64,000 nucleotides of DNA from the human T2T-CHM13v2.0 reference genome, Homo sapiens. Position numbers and translations under genes: made by a program. Location: assembly GCF_009914755.1 (NCBI RefSeq), contig NC_060929.1. One strand, given 5' to 3'. Positions within the stretch are counted from its first letter, which is position 1. Each line of letters begins with the position of its first letter. The notes beneath the pieces were generated by a model. That model was not told the origin of the DNA, did not search any database, and saw only the letters and a program-made list of their open reading frames with translations. Below, piece after piece: positions 25,656-40,782 of this stretch.

Positions 25656-26338
25656 CTCCCTTCCTTGGTGTTACTTCATGGTCACAGAAGTTGCTACAAT
25701 TCCAGTCATCATGTCCTTCCCAGAAGGTAAAAAAATTTAGAAGGAAATACCTTCCAACTGATTGACCATCTTTTTAAGTAAACTTCACTAAAAACCTACC
25801 AAGCAATTTGTACTTCATGTAATTGAATGGATTAAGTGTTTAATTGGGTGTCACACGAGCACACTCATCTCTCATAGCAGAAAGTCAATAAATTATGATG
25901 AAAATCTATAAATTAAAAAATAGCAACGTTAGTATAATACATGGAAAATTTGAAAAGGAAATCACTATATGAATTGGTTTTCTCTGGAGAACGGAATATA
26001 TGGAAGGAAAGGGGAGGAGGGACTTCTTTAGTCTTCATAAATTGCATGGCACTACCTAACTCATTTAAATACGTGCATGCATGTTTTGATAAATAAAACA
26101 GAACAATAATTTGATCTACCGATTTACAGCCATTTCATCCTGGTTTTTCCTCTAGATTTTTTACAAGGATTGACCCTATGGCTAGAATGCCACTATTATG
26201 CAAGTGCAACAAGACTCTCCTGCAAATAGCTGCAGGAAAGCCTCCTTATTTAACTCTACAGTATTTATCTTATTAATTTAAATGTTGGGGTATTTTTTTA
26301 CTTATCTCTCAGTGATTCTTTTATCACTTATTTTTGAG

Positions 26339-26342
<4 letters not shown>

Positions 26343-26369
<27 letters not shown>
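26343..26369. repeat. Pure (TA)n microsatellite with no visible insertion
   Basis: Directly visible. Confidence 0.95.
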
Positions 26370-27559
26370 TTAACTTTTTAGTATCTTAAATTAGCTCTTA
26401 AAAGCAACAAAAAATAATTATTTGTGCAGCTTATTTTACCCAGAACCCCAGCAGAGCTGTGTTTAACAGATTCTGAAGAGGAGATCCTACAATGGAATTT
26501 CAAACTAGCATTCTTTGGCAATTGTAATATTGTATATTTTGATTGACTAGATTTTGCAGTTTCCAGAGGTTTCTAAGAAGATAAGTAGTTTAAAATGTTT
26601 TTTATGTGTTCCCACATACATAAAATGCTAAGAGAGAAAAATGATCCTTTCCCTATCTGAGTATCCTGCATTTTGTAATGTGACCGCTGAACTAAGTTTT
26701 CTTTAAAACACTATTGTTCATTTACCATTCATTCAACGTTCTCCCTTTTGCTCAGAAAATAGGGAACTCAATTTCTGTGATGGTCAGTGGAACTTTTGAC
26801 AATTTAATGAAGAAACCTGGAGAGTCAGAGGGTAAGCAGAGAGATGTTTTTTCCTTATATCAGGAAACAGCACTGAAGTGGTAAATATGCGGTTTTATTT
26901 CTGTTCTTAGTATCATAGCCTGGCCTGCCTGCCCCTAGTTTTAAATTGGGAAGCATCTCAGAGAATTCTCTGAACAATAACTGTTCTTTTCATTTTCTCA
27001 TGATTTGCTACCTCTATTAGATGGGAGTAGAAAACACAGCTAGTTCAGATTGAAGCAAGAATGGTGTTTCCTAACATCCATTTTCTTCCTGCTCTTCATC
27101 TCTCTCTCCCCACCTTTGGCTAACCAGGGAAATTTACTATAACTTATATACCACAAAAGAATTTCAGGCTGTATTCTACTGAATTGTGAAAACATACATG
27201 AAAGACATGACCCAGGATAGGCAAGAGTAGTAATAAACCTTGGGCTTCTGCCTCCCCTGTGATTCTATTTGAAATCACCTAATGCCTCTATTTATATGAG
27301 GAAGGAAAAATGTGATCTATATCACTAAGTGAAATATCCCAGCCAGGTTCTGTTGCCTAAGAAAATCTTAGATGAGACCAAGGAAAGCACTTATATCTGC
27401 TTAGAACAATACATTGTTAGTGAACATCCAGGCACAAAATAATGATTATAGTAATAACAATATTATAATAAATGATAAGTAAGGATGACTCTAGGACAAC
27501 ATCTGATTAAAAAATGTAAAAAATCAAGAGGACTCGAAAATATTGGAGTCAAACTAAAC

Positions 27560-27773
27560 CAATAATTCTCAATTGGGGTGATTTTGCCCCCCGGTGGGGC
27601 ACTTGGTAAGTGTTTGGAGACATTTTTGGTTGTCCTAACTAGGGTATTCTACCGGTATGTAATAGGTAAAGTTCAGAGATACTGCTAAATCATCATACAA
27701 CACAGAGGACAGCCCCCACACAACAAAGAATCCATGGTTTAAAGTTTAATAATTCTGTAGCTGAGAAATCCTG
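27560..27773. mobile_element. MER20 hAT-Charlie element
   Basis: 'ttctcaattggggtgattttgcccccc..tggagacatttttggttgtc..gatactgctaaat..aggacagcccccacacaacaaagaat..tgagaaatcctg'. Confidence 0.9.
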
Positions 27774-28374
27774 AGTTAGACATTAATTTTTAAATCTACT
27801 AATTGCATGAGACAATAATAAAACTGACAGAATAAGAATAATAGAGTGCATTATTTTGGGTAATAAAATGGGATCACTTTGATATGCTATATTATACATT
27901 TAAAGCAGACAGAAAATATATCAAATGAAATACATCTTCCAAAATCCCTGGATATTGCATTTGAAGCAAATTCTGCTCACTTCAACACTCTCAGCTTTTT
28001 CAGTAGCTAACAGTTTAGCTTCTATTGCAGTTTTAAAATGTCTAGGTTTACCTAGAAATGTTACACATAAACAGAGAGCTGGTGAGATATATTCTCCTGT
28101 ATATAACAGTAGTCTATCTTCTGCCACTAGCTGAAATGGATCTTTCCCAGCAACTGTGTTTTAAGTACCTTCACTGCTCAAAGGTCACGACCTTCCCTCT
28201 AAAGCCTTCCCAACTCCCCTAGGAAAGACATAATCATTTTTCCCCCTCTTGTTCTCCAAGAATACTTAGTGAACCTCTCAGTTATAAACTCTTTTTACAT
28301 AGTAATTATTAGCAAATTTTGCTTATCATTTAATCTCACAAAGCCCTTTGTGAGCTCATGCAGGATAGAGATCA

Positions 28375-28836
<462 letters not shown>

Positions 28837-29019
28837 TTAATGTTACTAAATATGGTTTAAAACTGTATCCATCCAGACTGCCTAAATAATCTAACACAGA
28901 TCACAGTTATATTCTCTGCAGAATTTAGTGTTAGAGACCTGCAGAGTGCACAGAGTTTGAGTGCGCAAGACATATGGCTCCAGAGAACATTAAATGTCAG
29001 TTAGTGTACATGCAGAGAC

Positions 29020-29170
29020 AGGAAGGAAGGAAGGGAGGGAGGAAGGGAGGGAGGAAGGAAGGAAGGAAGGAAGGAAAGGAGGAAGGAAGGAAGGAAGGAA
29101 GGAAGGGGTTGGGAAGAAGAAAAAGAATAAGGTGGGGGAGAAAGAAGGAGAGAACGAGAAAGGAAGGGAG
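29020..29170. repeat. (GGAA)n purine-rich tract
   Basis: Directly visible. Confidence 0.95.
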
Positions 29171-31283
29171 GAATATTCCTCCCTACATTCCCAGGTGCCA
29201 TCTTAGTAAAACAGGCTTCAGACAGCAGACAACAATAAGAGATTGAATACTCTTTGGTAATAACAAAGAAAGCTGTTGAAATCAAACAGAGGTATGTATG
29301 ACCTAAAGGTTTATGAAAAATTAACAGATCACTTTTTAAAAATCAATTTCTAAATCCTCAAAATCTATATGTCCTCTTTCTGAAAGTGAGGTCCCAGACC
29401 TTTATTCTTTCCCAAACTGATATTCCTGATAGCCCTGCTCCCACTTTATGAAAGACAGGCATATGCCTCACTCATCCAGAATCTTACCTTTGTGTAGTAA
29501 GGTGTATATACTGAGGATTGTCCAACCTAACAGGGGATAAAATCCACTAGTGGGGCCTATCAAAATGACAATTTTAAATACTAGCCTCTATACAACTTCC
29601 TTGGATTAAGGTACCGTAACCCTTTGGTGGAGTTTTGTGCCTTTTCCTGACACAAATTTTGGTTAAGAGGGGGAGTACAGCATTAGATATGAGACATTTT
29701 AGCCGTGTTTGGGATCCTATGTCATTGACTCTTCCTTCCTTTATGACTGACAAAGACTGTATTCCTCCTGAGAGTCCTGTGAGAGCAATGCAAAGAAAGA
29801 TTCTGTATGAAATATTGTAAGTGCCAGCATCTTACTTCATCTAGGCAAAAAACTCATTGCAAAAGCCCATGCCTTATTAACTATTTCTCTTAGATTCACA
29901 ATGATTAAGATATGTGCAAAGTAAACTGTGAAATGCCAATCTATTGCAAAGTATACCCTCACGGCATTTTGACAATTCTCAGTAATGAGAAAAAATTGGA
30001 TGATTACTCTCATTTGCCCTTGCCCAGATGGGTGTCTCAGTTGCATGTTTTATATGATTTTTATACGGAGCAGGAAAAATATTCTGCATTAACTTCCAAA
30101 ACATGAATGTTCATGTTCCAAAATATGAATCAATTAACATTCAGGACCTATTCAGGTGAAGAAGACAGATCTTGAATGTTGGTTGATATATTGTATGCTC
30201 TTGGTCTTTTCTTCAACCCCCACAAAGAATATTTTTTATTGACTATTGTAAATATATATATATATAAATATTATAAATCCATCTTCATCTTTTACTTAGG
30301 TTACTTTTCACATTCTTATCACATTTCAACATATCTGTATTATTTAACAGGAGTGTATTATAAATTCTGATATAAATATTTAGCAGCAGTAATTAATACA
30401 CATGTGTTTCCCTATCCTTTTAAATACCCTAATCCTAAAAGTCCCCCACTCCTGTTATAGGACAAAATGTTTCCCAAATGGATTCAAATGAAGAATGCCC
30501 TGAACATAGAACAGCAGTTCCATATAATTTAGATGAATCCTCTCAGAAAGGAGTTGAGGTCCTACTTCAAATGTTCTTTCAACTCCTATTCCTTTCTTCA
30601 CAAACCACCCCAACTCTAAAGACATATTTTCTATCCTGTTTGTCAATGAACCAAATGGCATTCTGCCTTTTCCTTACAAATAAATGGAAAAGCAAAAGTG
30701 TTGAGTCACAGTACTGTTGAAAGTACCACCTCTATAAAATATTAAATATGTTCAAGTTATTTTGCTGAATAAAAAAATTGTTAAATTTCTTTCTCCTTGA
30801 AACCCAGAAAGATAAAAAGTGTCTGCTTGTTAATGGCTTAATATAAAGCCACAAAGTATCATCCTATCTGTTTATACAGTAGCTAATTAGATTCACACTT
30901 GAACATATTACAGAAAAACTTTTTTTTAATGTAGAGAGGAGCAACCCCTTAAGAAAAAAGAGAATACTGAACTCTGTAATGAGAGAATAAAAACCTGAAT
31001 CTACTTAAAAACATAACAACAACAAGCCTCTGAAGAAGAATATGTGCATCTGAAAAGTGGCATAGTAGGAATTGCAACCATGAGTAACGTACATTGACAA
31101 AGGAAGAAGGTGAATGGAAGCAAGATATATTCCAGGTAGATATTATGGAGAAGTTTTTCTGCAGTTGACTGACTAATAGGTTTCTTCAGAGGCGATTTGA
31201 AAGTAAATCATACTCCATAAAAGATGGAAAAGCAAAACCTAAGAAAAGCGAGAAAAGGAATTTGTTGACAATTGTGCAATTGA

Positions 31284-31538
31284 CAGTCGATCCTTGGTAT
31301 CAGCAGACACCAAAATCCCCTCATAATTCCCACAGCTGGCCCTGTGGAAGCGCAGATAAGAAAAGTCAACTCTCTAAAGGCGGATTTCACATCCTGGATA
31401 CTGGATTTCGGATCCGCGTTTGCTTGCATATTCAGTACCTGCCAATATAGAAAGCACAATATATTTATTGAAATTTAAAAAATTAAGTAGAAGTAGATGA
31501 ATGCAGTTCAAATTCATGTTTTTCAAGGTTCATCTGTA
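31284..31538. mobile_element. MER8-like TcMar-Tigger MITE
   Basis: Ends 'cagtcgatccttggtatc' and 'gcagttcaaattcatgtttttcaaggttcatctg'; internal 'ggccctgtggaagcgcagataagaaaagtc..gatccgcgtttg'. Confidence 0.75.
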
Positions 31539-31758
31539 TTTTGTTTGGTGGGTAGAAATACATTTATGTAGTGTGTGAAGCATTTCTTGAGCTGAATACA
31601 GTAATTAAGAGCTCTGCTTCTAGAGTCAGAAAAACCTGAGTTCCTTACTATCATGAAGTCTTTATTTCCTATGTCTGATATGAGACTCACAGATTTATGG
31701 AAATAATATCCAGCACATTAAAAGCTTATCTCAGTGTCTAACACAGAGGAAGTCATCT

Positions 31759-32457
31759 TTTTTAAGTGTGTGTGTGTGTGTGTGTATATATGTATGTGTG
31801 TATATATATATATATGTATGTGTATATATATATGTACTTTAAGTTCTGGGATACATGTGCAGAATGTGCAGGTTTGTTACATAGGTATACACGTGCCATG
31901 GTGGTTTGCTGCACCCATCAACCCATCATCTACATTAGGTATTTCTCTTAATGCTATCCCTCCCCTAGCTCCCCCGCCCCCAACAGGCCCTGGTGTGTGA
32001 TGTTCCCCTCCCTGTGTTCTCATTGTTCAACTCCCACTTATGAGTGAGAACATGCGGTGTTTGGTTTTCTGTTCTTGTGTTAGTTTGCTGAGAATGGTGG
32101 TTTCCAGCTTCATCCATGTCCCTGCAAAGGACATGAACTCATCCTTTTTATGGCTGCATAGTATTCCATGGTATATATGTGCCACATTTTCTTTATCTAG
32201 TCTATCGTTGATGGACATTTGGGTTGGTTCCAAGTCTTTGCTATTGTGAACAGTGTTGCAATAAACATACATGTGCATATGTCTTTATAGCAGAATCATT
32301 TATAATCCTTTGGGTATACACCCAGTAATGGGATTGCTGGGTCAAATGGTATTTCTGGTTCTAGATCCTTGAGGTATCTCCACACTGTCTTCCACAATTG
32401 TTGAACTAATTTACACTCCCACCAACAGTGTAAAACCTTCCTATTTCTCCACATCAG
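31759..32457 (-). mobile_element. 5'-truncated L1PA (about PA7) 3' end; tail converted to a (TG)n(TA)n microsatellite; degenerate 14-bp TSD
   Basis: Antisense L1 3'UTR 'tactttaagttctgggatacatgtgcagaatgtgcagg' and ORF2 end; flanking agaggaagtcatct (31745) and agaggaagccttct (32458). Confidence 0.92.
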
Positions 32458-34518
32458 AGAGGAAGCCTTCTAAAGCTACATACACTGCAGATAGAAACAT
32501 ACCCCATTGGCTCTTCCTTGAAAGGTGATTTTAGTTTGGAAGATTAACATATTTTAAGTGAAAGAAATACTTAAGGTAAATCTGGGAAAGAATTTCTTCT
32601 CGCTCTACAACTGCATGGCCACACCACAAGCTCTGGATATGGAGACTATGACTAGAGTATAGATTATAAACTACTTAAAGTCAGGCATCAAGTTTTTCAT
32701 TTCCCTCATACATTCTCCACATCTTTTTATACTGATCTGTTCACAAGCAGCACATGATAAACATTGACTCAGTATATGAGTCAATGATCTCTACATATCT
32801 AAACACAGATAGTTATTTTCATTAATTCATCACTCAGTTCTTTGAAAGATTTCACCTGCCAGGACACTGACTCCTGTCATGTCAAAAGCAGCATCTCAGT
32901 ACTAAAACCAGCACAAGCACAGCAAGACATACTGTGCACAGAAATCATGCACTGCTAAGATGAAGACATTATAATGAGAGCAAGGTAACAAGCAGAATAA
33001 CAATTTGCCAACAAAAGACAAATTTTCTTCCCTTGGAAGCGATATCTACAGAGAATACCAACAAGGAAACTGCCTGTCTGGGATATATATTCTTATCAAG
33101 CAATGCATTTCTTATCATGATGAAAAGGAAAATGAATCCATGGCTAATACTGATAAGTTAACAGAGATATTGTGGTTCAGTAAACATTAATTTATCATTC
33201 CATTGCTAAGAAACAAAAGGAAATAAAATAACAAAGGAAGAAGGAAAGTGTAAAAGCAAAACTATACACCTTATGAAATACATAAAATAGGTAATTGACA
33301 ACCAGTTATGAAGTAAAATATTTAAAATCAGATTCTCTAATTCTGAAACAAAGGAGGCTAAATTAAAATTTTATTTCCTCCTTGAATTGAAGAGCCTATC
33401 ATTTAAGTAAAGCTTGGAAAAAACAACCCTCCCCCACAAAATAGAATAAATGAATGAGACAATATTATGTACAACTGAGTATCATACTGAAAATCTAAGC
33501 CATGGGTGAAAATCCTCATTATCCAAAAAGATTTTCCTAGATAAATTTATTAGCCCTCTATTAACCAATTACTACAGGTGTCTTTGCTTATCCAGTTTTT
33601 AATAGAGAAGTAATCTGCCAACCTTTTGAAGTGGAAAAATATTTTAAAGTATTATCAGTAGTGCTATAAAGTTATAGGCTACTTAGTAAATATTAAAACA
33701 ATGGGTCAAAATTAGAGTTCGGATGACTCTAAACTTGATTGCACTATTATCAAACACCATAGGAACTACAGAAATGCTTAACAGAAATGATGATAAATTA
33801 AGCAATTAGATTAACCCTTACAGCTATGCCATTATTAAAAAGAACACACCTCTAGCCACCATTTTAATAATGCTATTAATATAATAAATGTACCTAATTC
33901 CCATTAATATACTAACGTTACATTGTGTGTATTATGTAACTTGTGAGTATACACTATTAAAATCATTTATGTATTATATATACTTTCCATAATAAGTATA
34001 AATAGCTTAAATTCTTATTCCATTGTTTTCATTGAAGTGTTGGGAGTAAGACATATTAGAGTTCTTCAACAGATTTTGCTGTGTACAAAAAAATTATATC
34101 TGAATGATTGTTGTTTATGCCAAATTAGCACAGTCAGATGTTACTATAGAAAGACCACATGGCATGTGGGAATATGATATGATGTTTACCAAAGCAAGAA
34201 AGCAAGCTCTGGAGGCAGATGACCTGAGTTCATTTACATTCATCCTATCTAAAGTGTATATGTGTTGCCTTGTATCATTCTATAGGTCCTGCCATTTATC
34301 TATTTGTTGTCTGTTTGTTCTAATGTAATAGTTATTAAAATTCTCTCTAAGCCTCAGTTTCTCCACTGTAAAATAGAAATGCAAATAGAATCCATATAAT
34401 ACATTTAACACAAGTCCAGGCACATAGTAAGCACATAAATAAAATGGCTTTAGTTACTAACCAGCAAGTTAAGAAGAAATACTCTTACTACAATATTACA
34501 TGTATTCCTCATATCTGA

Positions 34519-34874
<356 letters not shown>

Positions 34875-35904
34875 AATATTTTGTTTTTTATTAGGAGTAT
34901 TAAACAATTATATTCACTTTTAATTCAATTCTTGCCTTTCTATACTGTGTGTATACTTTTTTAAAAATGAAAACATTACTAACAACAAAAACAAAATCAC
35001 CAATTAAAATTCTTCACCCCAAAATAATTCAGAAACATAAACATATTTACATGGTAGAAGGGTATGTGGCAAACCCTATAATCAGTCATTTTAAACATTC
35101 TGTTTCACATGAAGCTTCACTCTAAATTCATTTAATAAAATTCTTAAGAAAATCCTTGGATGGTTAATTACAAGATAAATGAAGATGAGCTCAGATTATT
35201 TTTGATTCCTTCTTACAGTTTTCATTGTGCTCTTCTTCTAAAATAGATATATAGGTTTAATATATATTTATTATATATATACATATCTATCTCTATCTAT
35301 CTATAGATGTAAAAGCAAGTACAAATGAGGTACAAAAAAGAAAAAAATCGTTTTTAAAAAGAGGAGAAAAAATAAAAATAAAATAAAAAGAGGAGGGTGG
35401 TTCCAAAGATGGACTATCACAGCCACCAACAAAGGGAAATTTCCATAAAGGAAATAATCTCTCCTTTTAAAATAAAAAATTAGCTTGACATGGTGTTAAA
35501 AAGATGATGGAATTAAAAACACGGGCTGATTTTCAAGCATAGTTTGCCTTATGAAACGCACAATGTTGATCACAATGTAAATGTGCTGACTTGCCGGTGC
35601 CCACTCTCTGAGTTTGGCTTGCCTGTTCTAGCATTTGTACTGTACCAATTCAATTCCCTCACCACTTTCCTCTATTTGAAAAACTGTGCAACCTATTTGA
35701 CATTTTCTTGTCCAAATATATTTTTTATATATCAAATCCTCCTCTTTTAAATTTTCCATTTACTTCTGATTATTACGTATCACAAGTTGATACCAACAAT
35801 ATCAGGCTTATTTGGCAGTAGGTTATTTGGCAGTAATCCACAAAACGCAGAACATGCTAATATCAAATTCTGTGTTATCATCAAACATTGTTTTTGCTTT
35901 ACCA

Positions 35905-36180
35905 CTTTTTAAAATTGAGATTTTTTTCGAATACCATAAAATTCACCCGTTTAAAGTAAACTACCATCTGTGGTTTTTAGCATATTAGTAAGGTTGGGCA
36001 ACCATCACCTTTGTCTATTCCAGAACATTCTCATGACCCCAAAAAGAAAGCCCCATAACCATTAGCAGTCTCTCTCATTTTCCCTCTCTCCCCACCCCAG
36101 GCAACCACTAATCTACCTTCTGTCCCTATAAATTTGCTTATTCTGGACATCTCATATAAATAGAATCAAACAATATGTTA
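35905..36180 (-). mobile_element. L1MB/ME 3'UTR fragment
   Basis: 'taccataaaattcacccgtttaaagt..caaccatcacc..ttccagaacattc..caggcaaccactaatctaccttctgtc..tattctggacat'. Confidence 0.85.
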
Positions 36181-36574
36181 TCAAATTTAATCACAACATT
36201 TAAAAACAGAAAATCTGCCAACCCTTGAGAATACGGCAGCAGAGCTCAATTAAGGAAATATTTGTATACAATAATACCAAAGCAGGCAAAGAAATATGAT
36301 GGAGGAAAATTTTTTAAAAAAAGGAAATGGAATACTTTTTAAGATCCTACTTTAAAATATTCAGTTCTTACCCCTTACGGAATAAAAATCTCCAAGGAGA
36401 AAGCCTGGGTGTTTGTATTTTAAAAAGCTTTTCTGGGGATCATGGTATTTGGCCAGGTTTGCTTTAGGCCATACTCTGACTCATTTCTAATGCATGTCAT
36501 TTCTAGAATTTGATTGATTCAATGATCCATTTGCAAGAGTCTAAGCCATTCAGTTTGATATGTTGAAGAAATAC

Positions 36575-36606
<32 letters not shown>

Positions 36607-39600
36607 CAAATAGCAATCCCACAATATGCTAATGTTTTAATAACTTCTTAGTTTGTCTATGCAATAATTAATTGCTTAATTGTGTTTCTAGACATCTACA
36701 AATGTGCATAATTTTAAATTTTACAATAAAAATTAAATGTATATTTATTTAGATTTCTTAGTTCTTGCTTTCATTTATTTTGCATAAGCAATGCTACACA
36801 CATGCAAATTGATACAAACAGAAATTAAGCTCCCACAAATTATTTCATTTATGTTTCTAAATAGACTCATAACTAACAGAAAAAATTTACCAGAAAAAAT
36901 ATAAACATTTGTATTTAAAATGGTCATGTCCAAATATCATGAAAATTTTAAATATAATTTATTACTTTATGTAAAAAGTGGTGAATACTGAAATAGCTAC
37001 AGATATGGTAAAAGATCAAAACAATTTTATTTCCATTGAATTTTAAGATATGCCAACAAATGTACTTTGTTCTACATTTCCTTCACAAATATTTTGTCAT
37101 CTCTCTCTGCCTGAAGCTTATCTCAGTAATTAAATGCTTTGAATTAAATTTTATATGTATTTTCTTTTTTAATTCATCACTTCATATCCAATATCTCTGA
37201 CAAGATATGTAGAATTGAGTCACTAGAAGGTTATATATGACCAATAGCATTTATTGTAAAGAATAGAAACACTGGTATGAAGCTACCTGAATATATGTGG
37301 TAGGCTCAGAAATGCTACTACCTTCTTTGCCCCACAAGCAAAGACAGATTAAAATATGTGCCTCACAGTGGATTTTTAAAGGGCAGGGCAAGAGAGAGAG
37401 CAAGGTAGGCCAGGGTTCTAGCTAGGCCAGGATTGAAGATGGGGAGGGAAAATCAAACTACTTTGGCATTGAGTCTTAATCAACAATATAATTTCTGATA
37501 AAGTTCTATCTCAGCAACTGGCCTTAATTGTTCAAATGTATCAAAGGACATGTAACCACCATAAGTTTTGACAACCACACCAATCCTTTGGGGGAAAAAT
37601 ATACTGCCTCAAGACAATTCTTCGTGAAATGTCTTGCTCTATCTAACATAAGATAACATAGTGTAGGTTGCTCCATTTCCAAAACATTTTAGGAGTCTTG
37701 ATTCCCCTCAATTGATTTATAGTTCCTCCTACAAAATTCTGAGTTCTTAACATACCTACCTCATGTTAATTCCTGGGCAACTTTTGCAATCAAGCTCAAC
37801 AGGCAAAGTGCTACATTACTATTGAGAACTACAAAAAGATATGGTCAAGAGTATTGCAATTCATTGAATAAATCGCTAGGTTGAATCCAAATTTAAGAAT
37901 AGAAGAATTTTTTTTCACTGATTTACATTAAATTTCAGAGTTACTTTGCTGTTTTTCTTTTTTCCCCCTGATTATCCTTATATTAGCTCTGGCATCTTCA
38001 GTTCTTCAGTTAAAAGTTTGTTTGTCCCAGGCCTCTGTTAAGTAGATAATATTTTGAAATACATGTAAGGCATTGTTAACAGGTCCTTTGGGTTAATCTC
38101 ATTAGATAAAGAATACTTTCCATTGAAATTAAACACCAGCCTTCTGGTTAATCATTTTTGTGACTTCAGGTTTTCATATGCAGAATTTATTTCATCCATT
38201 ACATTTGCTCTTAGAATTTTTTTTTTAATTCTTCTTTCCAGCTGTCTCTTGATTACTTGCTTTCAGTTGGTATTCTCTCCCAACAGTTTGTATTTTTCAA
38301 ACACTGTTAACTAGCTGATTAGCTACTTTTGTTACTTTTAATCAACTATATCAAAAATAGTATTTCTTCAACTTTTCTGAGGTTGCAATCTACACATGTA
38401 CCTGTAGAATACACCAAATAATTCTGATTTTTTATTGTCAAATACTCATGTTTTCAAACAAAATAAAATCTGCTTTGCAGAGTCAAATTGTGCCAATTTG
38501 ATATTTTTGTTAGATTAGCCACAAGGAAGTTTATAGTTTGAAGCTAGATTGCTTGAGTCTCTTAATAATCTTGTTCTTGCTCATCTAAATCCAAATGATT
38601 ATATGACTTAGATCCTATTGGAGTTTATCCTAAACTACACTAAATCAAGCATGGCAACAATAATCTTTGATTTTAAAAGGTGTGTATTCAGATGATGAGG
38701 ACTATATTTTAAACATCAGGACAAAGGCAAATTTAAAGCTCCAAAAATAAACATGGCTCTTGTACTGGATACCTTTTTTTTTTTTAATTTGCCACTTATT
38801 CTGATGCATGGAAGATTACAGTTATCTCCTTTTTTCCCTGAGGAATTCAAATGCTGGTCACATAAAGCATCTTATTCTCATTCTGACAGGGTGAAAGAAT
38901 TAGTACTCCACGTAGCAATCTTGCTCTCCCTCCCTCTGCCTGTTGCCAGCTTACTTTTTGTTCTTATACTACAAAAGCAGAAAGTGATTTAAGTTTAATT
39001 TTTCTCCTTTGAAGTCATAATGAATAATCATAAGGATAAGTCAATATGTTTTAAGAATCCAAAGGATAATAACTCTGTTGTATTCATTTTCTCAAAACAG
39101 ATGCCCCCTGGAAAGCATATTTCATTTTTGAAACTTTAAAAATATTACCCAGCAAGGGATGGGATAGATATATAAGTTATAAGTCACAGCTGTTTAAAAA
39201 TCACAATAAACCCAAATCTTAAAAATTCAGAATAAACTGTTAATATTTATAAGATGCCATATTGCCTCTTACCTAGATTAATACACACTGAAACTACATT
39301 TCTCTCTGAAACTGACACATAATTTATTTTATGAAGTAGTGAGAACAAAACTAATAATTCCACAATAACAAGGGGAACAATATGATTGTTTTGTATATGT
39401 CATAAATATATACGTATCTATCAATATTGAGCATTGCAAATATATTAACAAATTCATTTGCATAAAAACACAATAAAAATTTAAAAGAAATGAAAGTTTA
39501 GCTGTACATTTTTATAAATTGGCAACCCATCAAGAAAATACTGCTAAACATTGCTTTGATTACTATAATTATTTTTTAACTTTTGGAGAGTACAGGATGA

Positions 39601-40004
39601 GACTATTTTGATTACAATTTTGATTAAGAAACTGGAAATATGACTAATAAATTTAGTCATATTTATCAATTACTTCCTTTTTCACTTAGAGCAAAATTAC
39701 ATCAATAAAAATTTCTGTATCAATAAGTACCATTTTACTTCTCTTTCAAATATTCATTTGGATTCTCTTCCTTCTGGAAAGTCTAGTTGGAGACAAGTTA
39801 GCTGATTGAGTAAAGAAATCAAAAGTCAAAAGAACTGTAAATTAAGTCAGTCTATGTGGAACAAAGAATATGGACATTAAATAGCTCTAGATCCTCAGCT
39901 CTGTCATTCACTAACTATATCACCTCACATAAGTCTGAGTCTGAGCCTTAGACAAGTTTACTCACCTATAAAATGGAGGTTATAAAAGCTAAGGAGATTT
40001 TTTT

Positions 40005-40332
40005 CTTTCTTGTTTATTGCTTTATTTGAGACAAGGTGTCTCTCTCACCCAGGCTGGAGTGCAATGGTGCGATCACTGCTCACTGCAGCCTTGAGCCCAC
40101 AGGCTCAAGCAGTCCTCTCATCTTAGCCTTCCAAGTAGCTGGGACCACAGGCATCCACCACCATGTCCAAATATTCATTTCATTTTATCTTATTTTATTT
40201 TATTTTATTTTATGTAGATACAGGGTCTCCCTATGTTGCCCAGGTTGGCCTTGAACTCCTGGGTCTAAGTGATCCTCCTGCCTCACGTTCTTAAAGTGCT
40301 GGGATTACAGTTGTGAGCCACCATGACCAACC
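40005..40332 (-). mobile_element. AluJ
   Basis: Antisense dimer 'gagacaaggtgtctctctcacccaggctggagtgcaatgg...cagggtctccctatgttgcccagg...aaagtgctgggattacag'. Confidence 0.92.
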
Positions 40333-40375
40333 TAACATTGGTTTACTGTGAGGAATATATGGGACATTAGTTTTG

Positions 40376-40714
40376 TTAGGGTGCATGATCACTTAAGATT
40401 TTATACGTATACATATATACATCAGGTAATATACATATACATATATACATTAGATTACACATATACATATGTACATCAGGTCTATACATATACATATATA
40501 CATTAGGTTATATACATATACATATATAGATTAGGGTGTGTGATCATTTAAGATTTTATACATATACATATATACATTTCTTAAAGTGCTGGGATTACAG
40601 ATGTGAGCCACCATGCCCAGCCTAACATTAGTTTACTGTGAGGAATGAATATATATAGATATACACACACATATATATATGTATATATATGTGTGTGTAT
40701 ATATATATGTGTAC

Positions 40715-40782
<68 letters not shown>

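Noticed and set aside
28974-29285. R/K/E/G-rich ORFs
   Set aside because: Translations of the (GGAA)n tract.
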